Below, piece after piece: positions 27,504 through 38,768 of a DNA stretch of 64,000 nucleotides. The stretch lies in the NCBI GenBank assembly GCA_038087875.1, contig JAXLNO010000106.1, positions 1 to 64,000 of the forward strand. Direction: 5' to 3'. A model generated the notes under the pieces. The model worked only from the letters and a program-made list of their open reading frames with translations. It was not told the origin of the DNA and searched no databases. The translations under genes and the position numbers were made by a program. Position 1 is the first letter of the stretch. Every line of letters starts with the position of its first letter. This DNA is from Malacoraja senta (lineage: Eukaryota).

Positions 27504-28386
27504 GTGAGTTTGCCCGGAGCTTTTCATTACCGTTTTGTAACACAAGCTTATGATCAGTATTTCCTGTCTCTCACAATGAGCCCGAGGTGGTCACTCCTAG
27601 CAATGTTGTTGTCAGATCTATGTGCAGAAACAAGATTTGTGTGGATGACATTAAGGAGTTTTATTCTCATGTAGACTGTCTCTACACCTTCTGCTGGCTC
27701 AGTAACAGATGCATCCTTGGAACCACATAAGTTGGTCAGCAGGGTTAGAACAGTCTTAGTACACAGGCCTGTTACCAAGCCCTTCCATTTTAACAAGTTG
27801 CACCTAAACATACTACAAAAAGCAAAGAACTGACCAGCGACAGATCCCTGCATCAGGAGAAAAGACAAGGGCACCCTGATTGGATTTTATAGTGAAGATC
27901 TTGCCTAATCATTGAAGAGGTAACAGGGTAGATATGGAAAAAATAAACATATTGTTAAGGCATGTAAAGTAAGAAGTGGTATATGCTAATTGACTGACTA
28001 AGATCAGAAAATGTAACGGGTGGGAGGGGAGATAGAGAAATGAATAGAATGTGCAGCAAGGAACTGCAGATGCTGGTTTAAACCGAAGATGACACAAAAT
28101 GCTGGAGTGACTCAGCAGGACAGGCAGCACCTATGGAGAAGGAATTCAGGTCTAGTCCCTTCTTCAGACTGAAATTCACGGGAAAGGGAAACGAGCAATG
28201 TGGATGATGATGTAGATATAGAACAAATTAATGAAAAATAACAATGATAAGGAAACCGGCCATTGTTTGCAAGGTGAGAATTAAGAGCTGGTGTGACTTA
28301 GGTTAGGGAGGGATGGAGTGAGGGAATGCAGGGGTTACTTGAAGCTAGAGAAATCAATATTCATACCGCTGGGTTGTAACCCGCCC

Positions 28387-30645
28387 AATAACCATATAAC
28401 CATATAACTATAACAGCACGGAAACAGGCCATCTCGGCCCTTCAAGTCCGTGCCGAACATTAAAAAAAAAAATGTTTTTTTAATAAAAAATAAATACTTC
28501 CCCCTAGTCCCATCTACCTGCACTCAGACCATAACCCTCCATTCCCTTCCCGTCCATATACCCATCCAATCTATTTTTAATGGATAACATCGAACCTGCC
28601 TCCACCACTTCCACTGGAAGCTCATTCCACACAGCCACCACTCTCTGAGTAAAGAAGTTCCCCCTAATGTTCCCCCTAAACTTCTGTCCCTTAATTCTCA
28701 AGTCATGTCCCCTTGTTTGAATCTTCCCTACTCTCAATGGGAAAAGCTTATCCACGTCCACTCTGTCTAATCCGCTCATAATTTTAAAGACCTCTATCAA
28801 GTCCCCTCTTAACCTTCTGCGCTCCAAAGAATAAAGACCTAACTTGTTCAACCTTTCTCTGTAACTTAGTTGCTGAAACCCAGGCAACATTCTAGTAAAT
28901 CTCCTCTGTACTCTCTCTATTTTGTTGACATCCTTCCTATAATTAGGTGACCAAAATTGTACTCCATACTCCAGAATTGGTCTCACCAATGCCTTGTACA
29001 ATTTTAACATTACATCCCAACTTCTATATTCAATGCTCTGATTTATAAAGGCCAGCACACCAAAAGCTTTCTTTACTACCCTATCTACATGAGATTCCAC
29101 CTTCAGGGAACTATGCACAGTTATTCCTAGATCCCTCTGTTCAACTGCATTCCTCAATTCGCTACCATTTACCGTGTACGTCCTATTTTGATTTGTCCTG
29201 CCGAGATGTAGCACCTCACATTTGTCAGCATTAAACTCCATCTGCCATCTTTCAGCCCACTCTTCCAAATGGCCTAAATCTCTCTGTAGACTTTGAAAAT
29301 CTACTTCATTATCCACAACACCACCTATCTTAGTATCATCTGCATACTTACTAATCCAATTTTCCACACCATCATCCAGATCATTGATGTACATGACAAA
29401 CAACAGTGGACCCAACACAGACCCCTGAGGCACCCCACTAGTCACCGGCCTCCAACCTGACAAACAGCCATCCACCATTACTCTCTGGCATCTCCCATTC
29501 AGCCACTGTTGAATCCATCTTGCTACTCCACCATTAATACCCAACAATTGAATCTTCTTAACCAACCTTCCATGAGGAACCTTGTCAAAGGCCTTACTGA
29601 AGTCCATATAGACAACATCCACTGCTTTACCCTCATCAATTTCCCTAGTAACCTCTTCGAAAAATTCAAGATTAGTCAAGCATGACCTTCCAGGCACAAA
29701 TCCATGTTGACTGTTCCTAATCAGACCCTGCTTATCCAGATGCTTATATATATTATCTTTAAGTATCCTTTCCATTAATTTGCCCACCACTGACGTCAAA
29801 CTAACAGGTCTATAATTGCTAGGTTTATTCTTCGAACCCTTTTTAAACAACGGAACAACATGCGCAGTACGCCAATCCTCCGGCACTATTCACGTTTCTA
29901 ATGACATTTGAAATATTTCTGTCATAGCCCCTGCTATTTCTACACTAACTTCCCTCAATGTCCTAGGGAATATCCTGTCAGGACCTGGAGACTTATCCGT
30001 TTTCATATTTTTCAAAAGTGTCCGCACCTCCTCTTCTTTGAATCTCACAGTTTCCATTGCTACTCTGCTTGTTTCCCTTACCTCACATAATTCCATATCC
30101 TTCTCCTTCGTAAATACCGAAGAAAAGAAATTGTTCAATATCTCCCCCATCTCTTTTGGCTCTGCAGATAGCTGTCCACTCTGACTCTCTAATGGACCAA
30201 TTTTATTCCTTGTTATCCTTTTGCTATTAATATAGCTGTAGAAACCCTTTGGATTTACTTTCACCTTACTTGCCAAAGCAACCTCATATCTTCTTTTAGC
30301 TTTTCTAATTTCTTTCTTAATATTCTTTTTACATTCTTTATACTCCTCAAGCACCTCATTTACTCCATGCTGCCTATAATTATTGTAGATCTCTCTCTTT
30401 TTCCGAACCAAGTGTCCAATTTCCCTTGAAAACCATGGCTCTTTCCATTTTTTACTATTTCCTTTCAACCAAACAGGGACATAAAGATTCTGTACTCTTA
30501 AAATTTCACCCTTAGATGTCCTCCATTTTTCTTCTACATCCTTCCCATAAAAAACATGTCCCAATTCACTCCTTTTAAATCCTTTCGCATCTCCTCAAAG
30601 TTAGCCTTTCTCCAAACAAAAATCTCAACCCTAGGTCCAGTTCTG
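28387..30645 (-). mobile_element. Young 5'-truncated CR1 LINE with a near-intact RT, nested in a Penelope fragment (28050-28390 and about 30720-30870)
   Basis: ORFs 29890-30564 and 28504-29886 separated by one in-frame stop; YMDFSKAFDKV, GVPQGSVLGP, YADD; (ataaccat)n tail. Confidence 0.95.
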
Positions 30646-31249
30646 GAATGGAATGATTGGGATTGTGGAGGAGGGGGAGGGGACAGCCAATAATGGAGAC
30701 TCAAGTATATTACAAGAGATGTAAGGGTTAGATCTAAGGTGGACACAAAATGCTGGAGTAACTCAGCGGGACAGGCAGCATCTCTGGAGAGAAGGAATGG
30801 GTGACGTTTCGGATCGTGACCCTTCATACTGATGTCAGGGGAGTGGGCAGGACAGAGATCTGACAGGAACGGTAAATAAGAGCAAATAATGGCAGATGGG
30901 GTCAAGGCAGGGAAACTGATTTTGTACGTTTTAGTAGGAAATCTACTGAAAAACAACACTAATTTTCAAGTGGAAAAGCACTAATCACTAAAATCATTAG
31001 AAAGAAGCCATCCAAACACTGGTGTTTATTTCTAGAGGTAGAATTATACAGTGGGGAGATGGTGTTGAACGATAAATCTGGATATCCTTTATCTCTAGGA
31101 TCTCTTGTTAATGTGTATAGAGAATAAACGTGGCTTTGTGATCAGATAAATCCCACCGAGTGTCAGTTCTACTTCAGGTCCTTGCTGCACTGTGCAAACT
31201 GTATGTGAGGCTGTTTTGGACAGTGCCATTGAATCAGACATAGTCTTGC

Positions 31250-31692
31250 AGCATAGAAACAGGCCTTTTGGCCCAACCGGTCAACATGTCTCATCTACAC
31301 TTGTCCCACCTACCTGTGTTTGGTCAATTTCCCACTAAATCTGTGCTGTCCCATCCATGTGCTTGCCTAAATGTTTCTTAAACATTGCGATAATAACTGT
31401 CTCAACAACATCCTCTGGCAGCTCGTTCCATAGACCTACCACCCTTAGTGTGAACAAGTTACCCCTCAGATTCTTATTAAATCTTTTCCTCCTCACCTAA
31501 ACATATGTCCTCTGGTTCTCAATTCCCCTACTCTGTGCAAGAGACTCTGTGTGTCTCCCTGATCTATTCTTCTCATGATTTTATACACCTCTAAGATCAC
31601 CCCTCATCCTCCTGCACTTTAAGGAATAGAGCTCTCGCATGCTTAACCTCTCCCCATAGTTCAGGCCCTCAAGTCCTGGCAACATCTTCGTA
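31250..31692 (-). mobile_element. CR1 3' fragment
   Basis: Similar to the 21780-22260 CR1 3' end. Confidence 0.7.
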
Positions 31693-31794
31693 CAGTGCTG
31701 CTGGCTGTTTTATTGTGTTTCAGATGTGGAGACTGCTGCTGCATTACAGATGTGGTGTTGGTTTACTCAGTGGCTTCACTTTGTACATTCCTAG

Positions 31795-31887
31795 GTTGTG
31801 ACAGCAGCCTTACAACCTGGGGAATATTTTTCACTTCAAGGATCGTGTGTGTGGTGATCTTCATCTCTCTTAGTGTGTTCCTTCACT
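31795..31887 (+). CDS. Gene A exon: extracellular loop Cys plus TM5
   Basis: tacattcctAG| ... CACT|GTAAGT, 93 bp, phase 1-1. SCDSSLTTWGIFFTSRIVCVVIFISLSVFLH; aligns without gaps to the paralog exon at 62490-62588. Confidence 0.82.
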
Positions 31888-32703
31888 GTAAGTAGCAAAA
31901 TTATCTAAGCATTCACCAGTGCCATCACTTTCAGTTAAACCATTTACTTGTGTCATTCTGTCACTTCTGTTCTGAAAGGGAGCAGTTGTCTAATCTACAG
32001 CACTTTACCAGTCTGTTGCTGGCTGGATGCTGGCATTTGGGAACAGTTCTGGGCTGGATTTTGCTGAACCTTGCTGGAAACTCTGCTTGGAGCTCCCTGT
32101 ATTTCACAGCATCATCCTGATGGCTGTTGGGACTCTTGCAGGAGCAAGGAAACCCTAAACTTCCTGGCTGAGTCTGTAGTTTCCCACACTGGTGACCCAG
32201 TGTGTGTTTGGTTTCTGAAGTAGAGCAGACCACAATGTGAACACCGAGTGCAGTACACTCAATTGGAAAAAGTGCAATTGCATCATTAAATGGGTATTTG
32301 GTGGAATAAACTTGTTGAAACCTGGAGAAACTGCAGAGGATGATCAGTTGAAACCAATGAGTGTGAGTACCAGGGACATTGTGCTCTGTCTAGGACAGAG
32401 GGTAGAAGCTGAGGTGTGGGAGGTAGAAGATATGTCAACTGTCTTGGGTCACCTGTTGCATTGATGATTGAACACTTTCACACTGTCTGATCCTGGAATC
32501 GCCCCAATCGGTTAATCAGAGGGACCATCTGCACTAAGTATTCAAGCTCAACTGTAGTAAAGACATTGTGAGTAAAATATGACACAAGGAGTAAAATATG
32601 AGTTTAGTCAATTGTAACATTTTAAAGTCCTGTGATGAGACAAGTAACCTCTGACAATATTGTGCCTTATGTCAACAATTTACAAATATTTTATTCATTC
32701 CAG

Positions 32704-32747
32704 GCAAAGATACAAGTGGGAACATCAACACTGTTAAAGGAAAGCAG
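32704..32747 (+). CDS. Gene A exon: short cytoplasmic tail exon
   Basis: ttttattcattccAG| ... GCAG|GTATTT, 44 bp, phase 1-0. CKDTSGNINTVKGKQ; homologous exon at 57252-57298 (-). Confidence 0.78.
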
Positions 32748-33117
32748 GTATTTTGATAATGAAGTCCTGTAGTTTTGTTTTAAAGCTCATTTAGAGTTCT
32801 AAACTAACAGACTCGTATCCAGGTACGAGCACAAATCATTCTACTGTGTTCTTACTGCTGCTCTCTGACACTGACAACCCAGTCCAGAGGGAATCGTAAT
32901 TTCTCTGGTGCACATTTTATTTCGCTGTTTCAGAACCTGTGCTCGGGCGCATTCCCATTGATTGACATTTTCTAACTGTAATATTTTATCCAAGTTTGTA
33001 CCTGATTCAAATTGATGTCTGCATTAGTCTTCTGATTCCATCTCCCTCTATGAATCATATTTCTGTTGATTAACTGAAATTTACCACTGCATGTAACAAA
33101 TGCACTCTTTATTTTAG

Positions 33118-33195
33118 GATATTATAGAATTGCAACAATTGAAAACAACCACACCAGACTACACAACTGATCCTGGATCCCTGCCACCCGATTGA
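33118..33195 (+). CDS. Gene A terminal coding exon
   Basis: ctttattttAG|GAT, phase 0. DIIELQQLKTTTPDYTTDPGSLPPD*; homologous to 56627-56743 (-). Confidence 0.75.
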   Translation, partial: DIIELQQLKTTTPDYTTDPGSLPPD

Positions 33196-33737
33196 GAATG
33201 GACACAACAGCCTTCAATTTCAGATGTATTCTCAGCTCAAAGCCTTATAGAAAGATTTCTGAGGATCAATGCCTCTGTACACAAGGCTTCATGCAACTAA
33301 ATGTGTTAAGGTCTCCTCTAAGTTGGATGCACTTATGCACATGGCTGCACTTTCAAAGGTCTTTAGTGATTCGTTGTTCAACAATCTAGACCTCAACAAA
33401 ACGTTTGTACTTATTTATCACTTTAAAGCTTTGTAAACTTTAATCTTATTTAAAAATTTAGCACTTTTTACACATTTCCATAAAGTTCAGTTTAAAAAAA
33501 AAAAAAAATCACACTCCTGATTTGCTGTGGTTGATAATTCTGCAATGCGATTGGCTGTTCACATAACCAACTGCTGGGACTGGGATCTTGCTGTGCAGCC
33601 TGTTCTTTTCATATCTGCCATTCATTTGTTATTTGTACCTTTTCATACCTCTAGTTTCCCTTCTCCCCGGACTCTCAGTCTGAAGAAGGATTCAACCTGA
33701 GACCCCAGAGATGCTGCTTGACCCAGAGTTACTCCAG

Positions 33738-35311
33738 CACATGCTCACTGCCACTGCAACTGGTCGGCGTCGGCCACTTTCTCACTCCCTTTGCATGGTG
33801 GGAGATCTGGCTTCCATTGCTGTCCACTCGCCGCGACCGCTGAAAACCAACGCAGAATCACTCGCTGGAGCTGGAGTAACTCCCTGGAGTAACTCTTGCT
33901 TCTTGGTTTCCTGGTCCTCCAAAAATATTCGAAATGGAATTTAAACACCACCACCAAACTCTGAAAAATAATAGCCTATTGCATTTTATCTGTGGAAGGA
34001 AACAAGAGCACCCGGAGAAAACCCATGCGATCAAAGGGAAAAGGAGCAAACTCCATACAGACCGTACCCATATTCACAATCAATTCCGGGTCTCTGGCAA
34101 TTTTAGGCAGCAACTTTATGGCCAATGTACTTCCCCATAGTCTTGAACCGAATTAAAACATACAGTAGCTGTAAAGGGGGACATAGGATCACTTAGAGAT
34201 TTAAGACTGAAAATGGATAGTTTCTTTTTTTTTAGTAACCAAAGTTATCAATGTATAATTTTTTGTGTGTTGGAAAATAAAATATAGCGGCACAGCTGGT
34301 GGACTTGATGCCTCACACGCCTGAGATCTGTGTTCGATCCTGTCCTCGGGCACTGTCTGTGTTGAATTTGCACATTCTCCCTGCAAGCATGTAGGTTTCC
34401 TCCCACATCCCAAAGGTGCATTGGCTTTGTAGGTTAACTTGTCTCTGTAAAATTGCCCCTAATGTGTAGGGAGTGGGTGGGGAAAGTGGGATAACAGAAC
34501 TTGTGTGAATGGAGAGACAAGAATGCTGGAGAAACTCAGCGGGTGAGGCAGGATCTATGGAGCGAAGGAAATAGATGACATTTTGGGTCGAGACCCTTCT
34601 TCAAACTGATGTGAGGTGCAGTGGGTGGGAAGAAGAAAGGAAGAGGCGGAGACAGTGGGCTGAGGGAGAGCTGGGAAGCAGAGGAGAAAGCAGGGACTAC
34701 CTGAAATTGGAGGTCAATTTTCATACCTCTGGGGTGTAAACTGCCCAAGCAAAATATGAGGCGCTGCTCCTCCAATTTACGGTGGGCCTCACTCTGGCCA
34801 TGGAGGAGGCCCAGGACAGAAAAGTCGGATTCGGAATGGGAGGGGGAGTTGAAGTGCTGAGCCACCGGGAGATCAGGTTGGTTAATGCGAACCGAGCGGA
34901 GGTGTTGGGCAAAGCGATCGCCAAGCATGCACTTGGTCTCACTGAGGTTGATCATACGCTGAATAATCCAACCAGAATTTTGTTTGGAAGTGGAAAGAAA
35001 TAATAGAATTTGCATTCATTGCAACGTGTAAAAAGAGATGAGATACTGTATTGTAATTTTGCTGCATGTCATTGTGGTATATCTTGTCTTGATTGGTGAA
35101 TATGTTTAGTTTGTGACGTTATTTGAAGGAGAAATAATATGCGAATGCTTCATTGACCATAATTCTGACTGGTAACTACGCACTTCGTCAGAGCACATTA
35201 TCGCACGTGTCAAGCAAGCAGTTATGACCACCTAAACTGTCATTTGGCAACCTAAAAGGCTGCCTAGGTTGCCCGGCTGGCAACAGGGGAAAAAAGTTAA
35301 GCGAGAGCCCT
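33738..35311 (+). mobile_element. Second, partial copy of the 4478-7463 composite (SINE pair, Penelope fragment, TIR end)
   Basis: Collinear with about 4870-5140 and 6030-7350, with the same nested junctions. Confidence 0.8.
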
Positions 35312-35643
35312 GGTAGTACTGTCCCATCACCACTGACTGCACAATCTGTGCCGATCTCTGTCTTCATTGACACAAATGTCAGGCTGTGTTTGTTTATACT
35401 TCTGTAATGTGCTGTGGGACTGTATGCAGTATTAAAGGTGCTGAGTAGAATGATGTTGTTGTTTTGTCTCCAACTCCTTCCAATGATCTTAGGCTTTAAA
35501 ATAAAAAGCCTTCTAAACAACAAATGCTCTATTCAGCCACGATATTGCTGTCTTGTATTTCCCTCACATGATAACCTGACTGTGGATTAATTTGCATTTT
35601 CAGTGCAAACAAAATTCTTCAGACTAGCCTGGAGGAATCCTAA

Positions 35644-36671
35644 AGGTACAAAATTTTGAGATTTTAAAAATAATTCTGCAATTTATCCCATCAGATAAAG
35701 CATAAAAAGAAGTTGAATTTGACACCTAATTCACTTTCATATCTTCAGTATTAAAAAAGTTATGGCCATTGTCATACTCTGAAATTAGCATCTTGTTCCC
35801 TATTGCTTTTCCATTGACTTAACACAAAAGCTGTGATCGAGGACAGTCAAAAGCCCATAACTTTCTTAAAAATTAAGAGAACTGAAAGAAATTTTCAGTT
35901 ATTATAGATTGAAGCATTCTGAAACAAATATGAAACAATCTTACTTGGATGACCTCAAATTAAAGCATATAATTAGTTAGTTACCTAATTGTAGCTAATT
36001 ACAAAATTCAATTACTAGATCTAAACATCTATCCATTTCTTAAGAAAAGGTTAACATTTTTAAATAGCCTAAGTGTCCAAATAACATTCACACAAGAATT
36101 CACAATATAACATGATTTTTAAATCTCATTGTCATGAATTTATAGGCCAAATGGAAGGAATGTTTAATTCCCGTAAATTAATGGGCATTTAAATCATCTT
36201 ACGAGTGGGTTTTTGTGGAACGCGATCGATTGGAATGTTGTAGTTGCAGTGAATTTGAACCCCATATCGGCAGGGAAAACACTGCCGGTTCGTATGGGGC
36301 CAAAATCAAATTTTCGCCAAGGAAATTTAGATTAAAGTCATCCTAAGAAGCAAGTTTATATGTAAAATACAGGACTTACACCGTGTTTTGTCCCCTACGT
36401 GAGATCCATCCCATTGGAGGCGTTGAGGGCGTTAGAAGTTTTTATTTTTATTTTAATCCAGCGATAAAATTGTCCCGCGATTTTTTTTTTTAACTTCCGA
36501 GAACGGAAGTCGGAATAATTTTTCTGCATCAGCTGGCAGGCCGAGGAAATCCATCTCGGACTGGCAGGAGAAATGGCATTTTAATCCCGCCCCCCTCCCT
36601 CAAAGGCGCCAAAGTCGCGCACACGGCCAGTGGCAGAACTGCAACTGAAGGTATGTTTTGTAACATCGCTA
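35644..36671. mobile_element. Non-autonomous TIR DNA transposon (possibly Kolobok-like)
   Basis: Ends aggtacaaaattttg... and ...gttttgtaacatcgct; the right end recurs inverted at 37997. Confidence 0.55.
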
Positions 36672-37189
36672 CGAGAGGACTTTTTCATTTATTATATAGT
36701 TTAGATTAGTTTCCATAATCTGTTGTGTTGCTGGTAATACAAATTTAATTTCTGTTTGGGACAGATGACAAAGCTCGCTTGACTCCTGACTGCTCATGGG
36801 CCTGGCCAAGGTGGCCTTTCACTAGTCTGGGCAGTAGCCCATCCAAGCTTTTGCCTGAGCTGACCACATGACTCTCTTCTGAGGATGTGTGAATGCCTGG
36901 TGTCTTCAGAGAGAGTGTAAGCACGCATCACTGACTCTCTGAAGGACTTCATAAACTAGTGAGTGCTGCAAAGGCTGAAGTGCATCGTGATAAGGATGTT
37001 GTAATTTATTCTGGATTATTTAATTAAATTGAAAATGTAAATATGTTTTTAAAACGTTTAAGTGATTGAATTTGGAATTACATAGACAGCTGCCTTAAGG
37101 AACTGTCTATGACTCACATTGCAAGTCCTCTGACAAAAAATTAGACACAGTGCTGTAGTAATGCAGTGGGCCAATAAAAAAGGATAGGT

Positions 37190-37740
37190 GATGTTTCAGG
37201 TTGTGACCCTTCTTCAGGATAAAAAGAGGGGCTGGGTGGAGAAAGAGCTGGAGGCAAGAAAAGACCAGGTAAAAAAAACAGTGCAGGCAAAAAATTGGTG
37301 GTGGTGGATGGTGCCCAATTGTTGGGTCGGGAAGGTGTAATCTCAAGAGGAATGCAATATGGTGAACTATGGAACTGCAAAATGACTAGAGTGGGGGGGG
37401 GAGGGAATGTTAGAAGCTGCTTAAAATTGGGATATTCAATGTTCATACTGTTGGGTTGTGAGCTACCCAAGCAGAATGAGGTACTGTTACTCCAATTTGT
37501 GTGTGGCCTCACTCTGGCAATGGAGGAGTCTTGGGAGAGAAAGGTCAGTTGAAATGGTTAGCTTCTAGGAGAACCCACAGGCCTTAGCAGACCGAGTGCA
37601 AGTGTTCAGTGAAACGGTCCCCACGTCTTTGTTTAATCTCGTTGATGTACTGGAGCCCACATTAAGAACACTGGATGCAGTAGAAGAGATTAGAGAAGGT
37701 ACATGTGAACCACTGTTTAACCTGAAAAGACTGAGGTGAC
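37190..37740 (-). mobile_element. Decayed Penelope 3' fragment
   Basis: Similar to GIY-YIG and pLTR regions of the other copies. Confidence 0.7.
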
Positions 37741-37996
37741 GGTGAGGACCAGGGGAACACTTTCCTTGTTGCATACATTGAAATAAAGTACACAAATAGT
37801 AGGTGCCCCTAAGTGCTGAGGTTCTACCTATTCCCAGTGGTGAAGGATGGACTTGGGTCTGCTGCCAGGCAACATCAGTCAGATGGATAATGCGGCACTA
37901 ACCATCCTTCAGACCAACTCCTGTCTCCACGTCCATCAAGTAGAGGTCAGCATGGAACATCCTGCGGATATTGGGGGAGAATCACACACTGGATCT

Positions 37997-38756
37997 AGGT
38001 ATGTTACAATACTTACCTTCAGCGGCTCTGCAATTCTTCCACTGGCCGTGTGCGCGATTTTGGCGCCTTTGGGTGCGTGGGGGGGGGCGGGGTTAAAACG
38101 CGGGTTTCTCCTACCGTTAAAACGGCGACTTCTCCCGCCCGAGTTGCGGGGTTGAAGAGCACCTGGAGCGGGGCTTTATCCCCCCGCGCGGCTTGGAATG
38201 GCCACCGGACTTTGCGGGCGCGCGCCGGGGCTCTAACACCAAGACCCGGTGCGCGACCTTGCATCACCCGGCGTGGCTTTAATGGCTGCGGGACAATCAC
38301 CATCGCCCGCCGGGGGCTTTGACTTTGACTCTGACATCGGGGGGGGGGGGGAGTGCAGTGGAGAGATACGTTTTTTTGCCTTCCATCACAGCGTTGTGAT
38401 GGATGTATGTGTAAATTGTGTTGTGTCTCGGGTCTTCTTCGTTTTGTATTGTATGGCTGCAGAAACGACATTTCGTTTGGACCTCAAGGGGTCCAAATGA
38501 CAAATTTGTCCAAAAGACAAATAAATTGAATTGAAAATTGAATTGAATTGAATTGTCCTGTATTATATTTTGTTGGAGTGCAAGCTTTTGCTGAAGAGTC
38601 ATTCCGACGGGCGTTCTGTGTATTTTTTTTTTTTAATCGCCCGACAAGTTCAGTGCTGGAGTTATTTTAAAATCAGCTTCTAAAGCCGTCAACGCCGACA
38701 ACGGGGACGGATTTCACGCACGGGACAGGTAAACGAAAGCCGTTTATTTTATGTTA
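37997..38756. mobile_element. Truncated relative of the 35644-36671 element, with a nested retroelement fragment at about 38215-38560
   Basis: aggtatgttacaatacttaccttcag...ccactggccgtgtgcgcgattttggcgcc is an inverted match to 36605-36670. Confidence 0.55.
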
Positions 38757-38768
38757 AAAAGATCAAGA

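Noticed and set aside
31695-31794. Longer TM5 exon with a sixth hydrophobic segment (ORF 31695-31895)
   Set aside because: The 31724 acceptor is in the wrong phase, and the paralog alignment supports the 31795 acceptor.
32934-32975. Alternative terminal exon after tttcAG
   Set aside because: It is possible, but only the 33118 exon has paralog support.
4120-33195. Naming gene A as CD47, HEPACAM or CEACAM
   Set aside because: The ectodomain is unlike CD47 and the multi-pass region is unlike HEPACAM or CEACAM; orthology cannot be assigned without searches.
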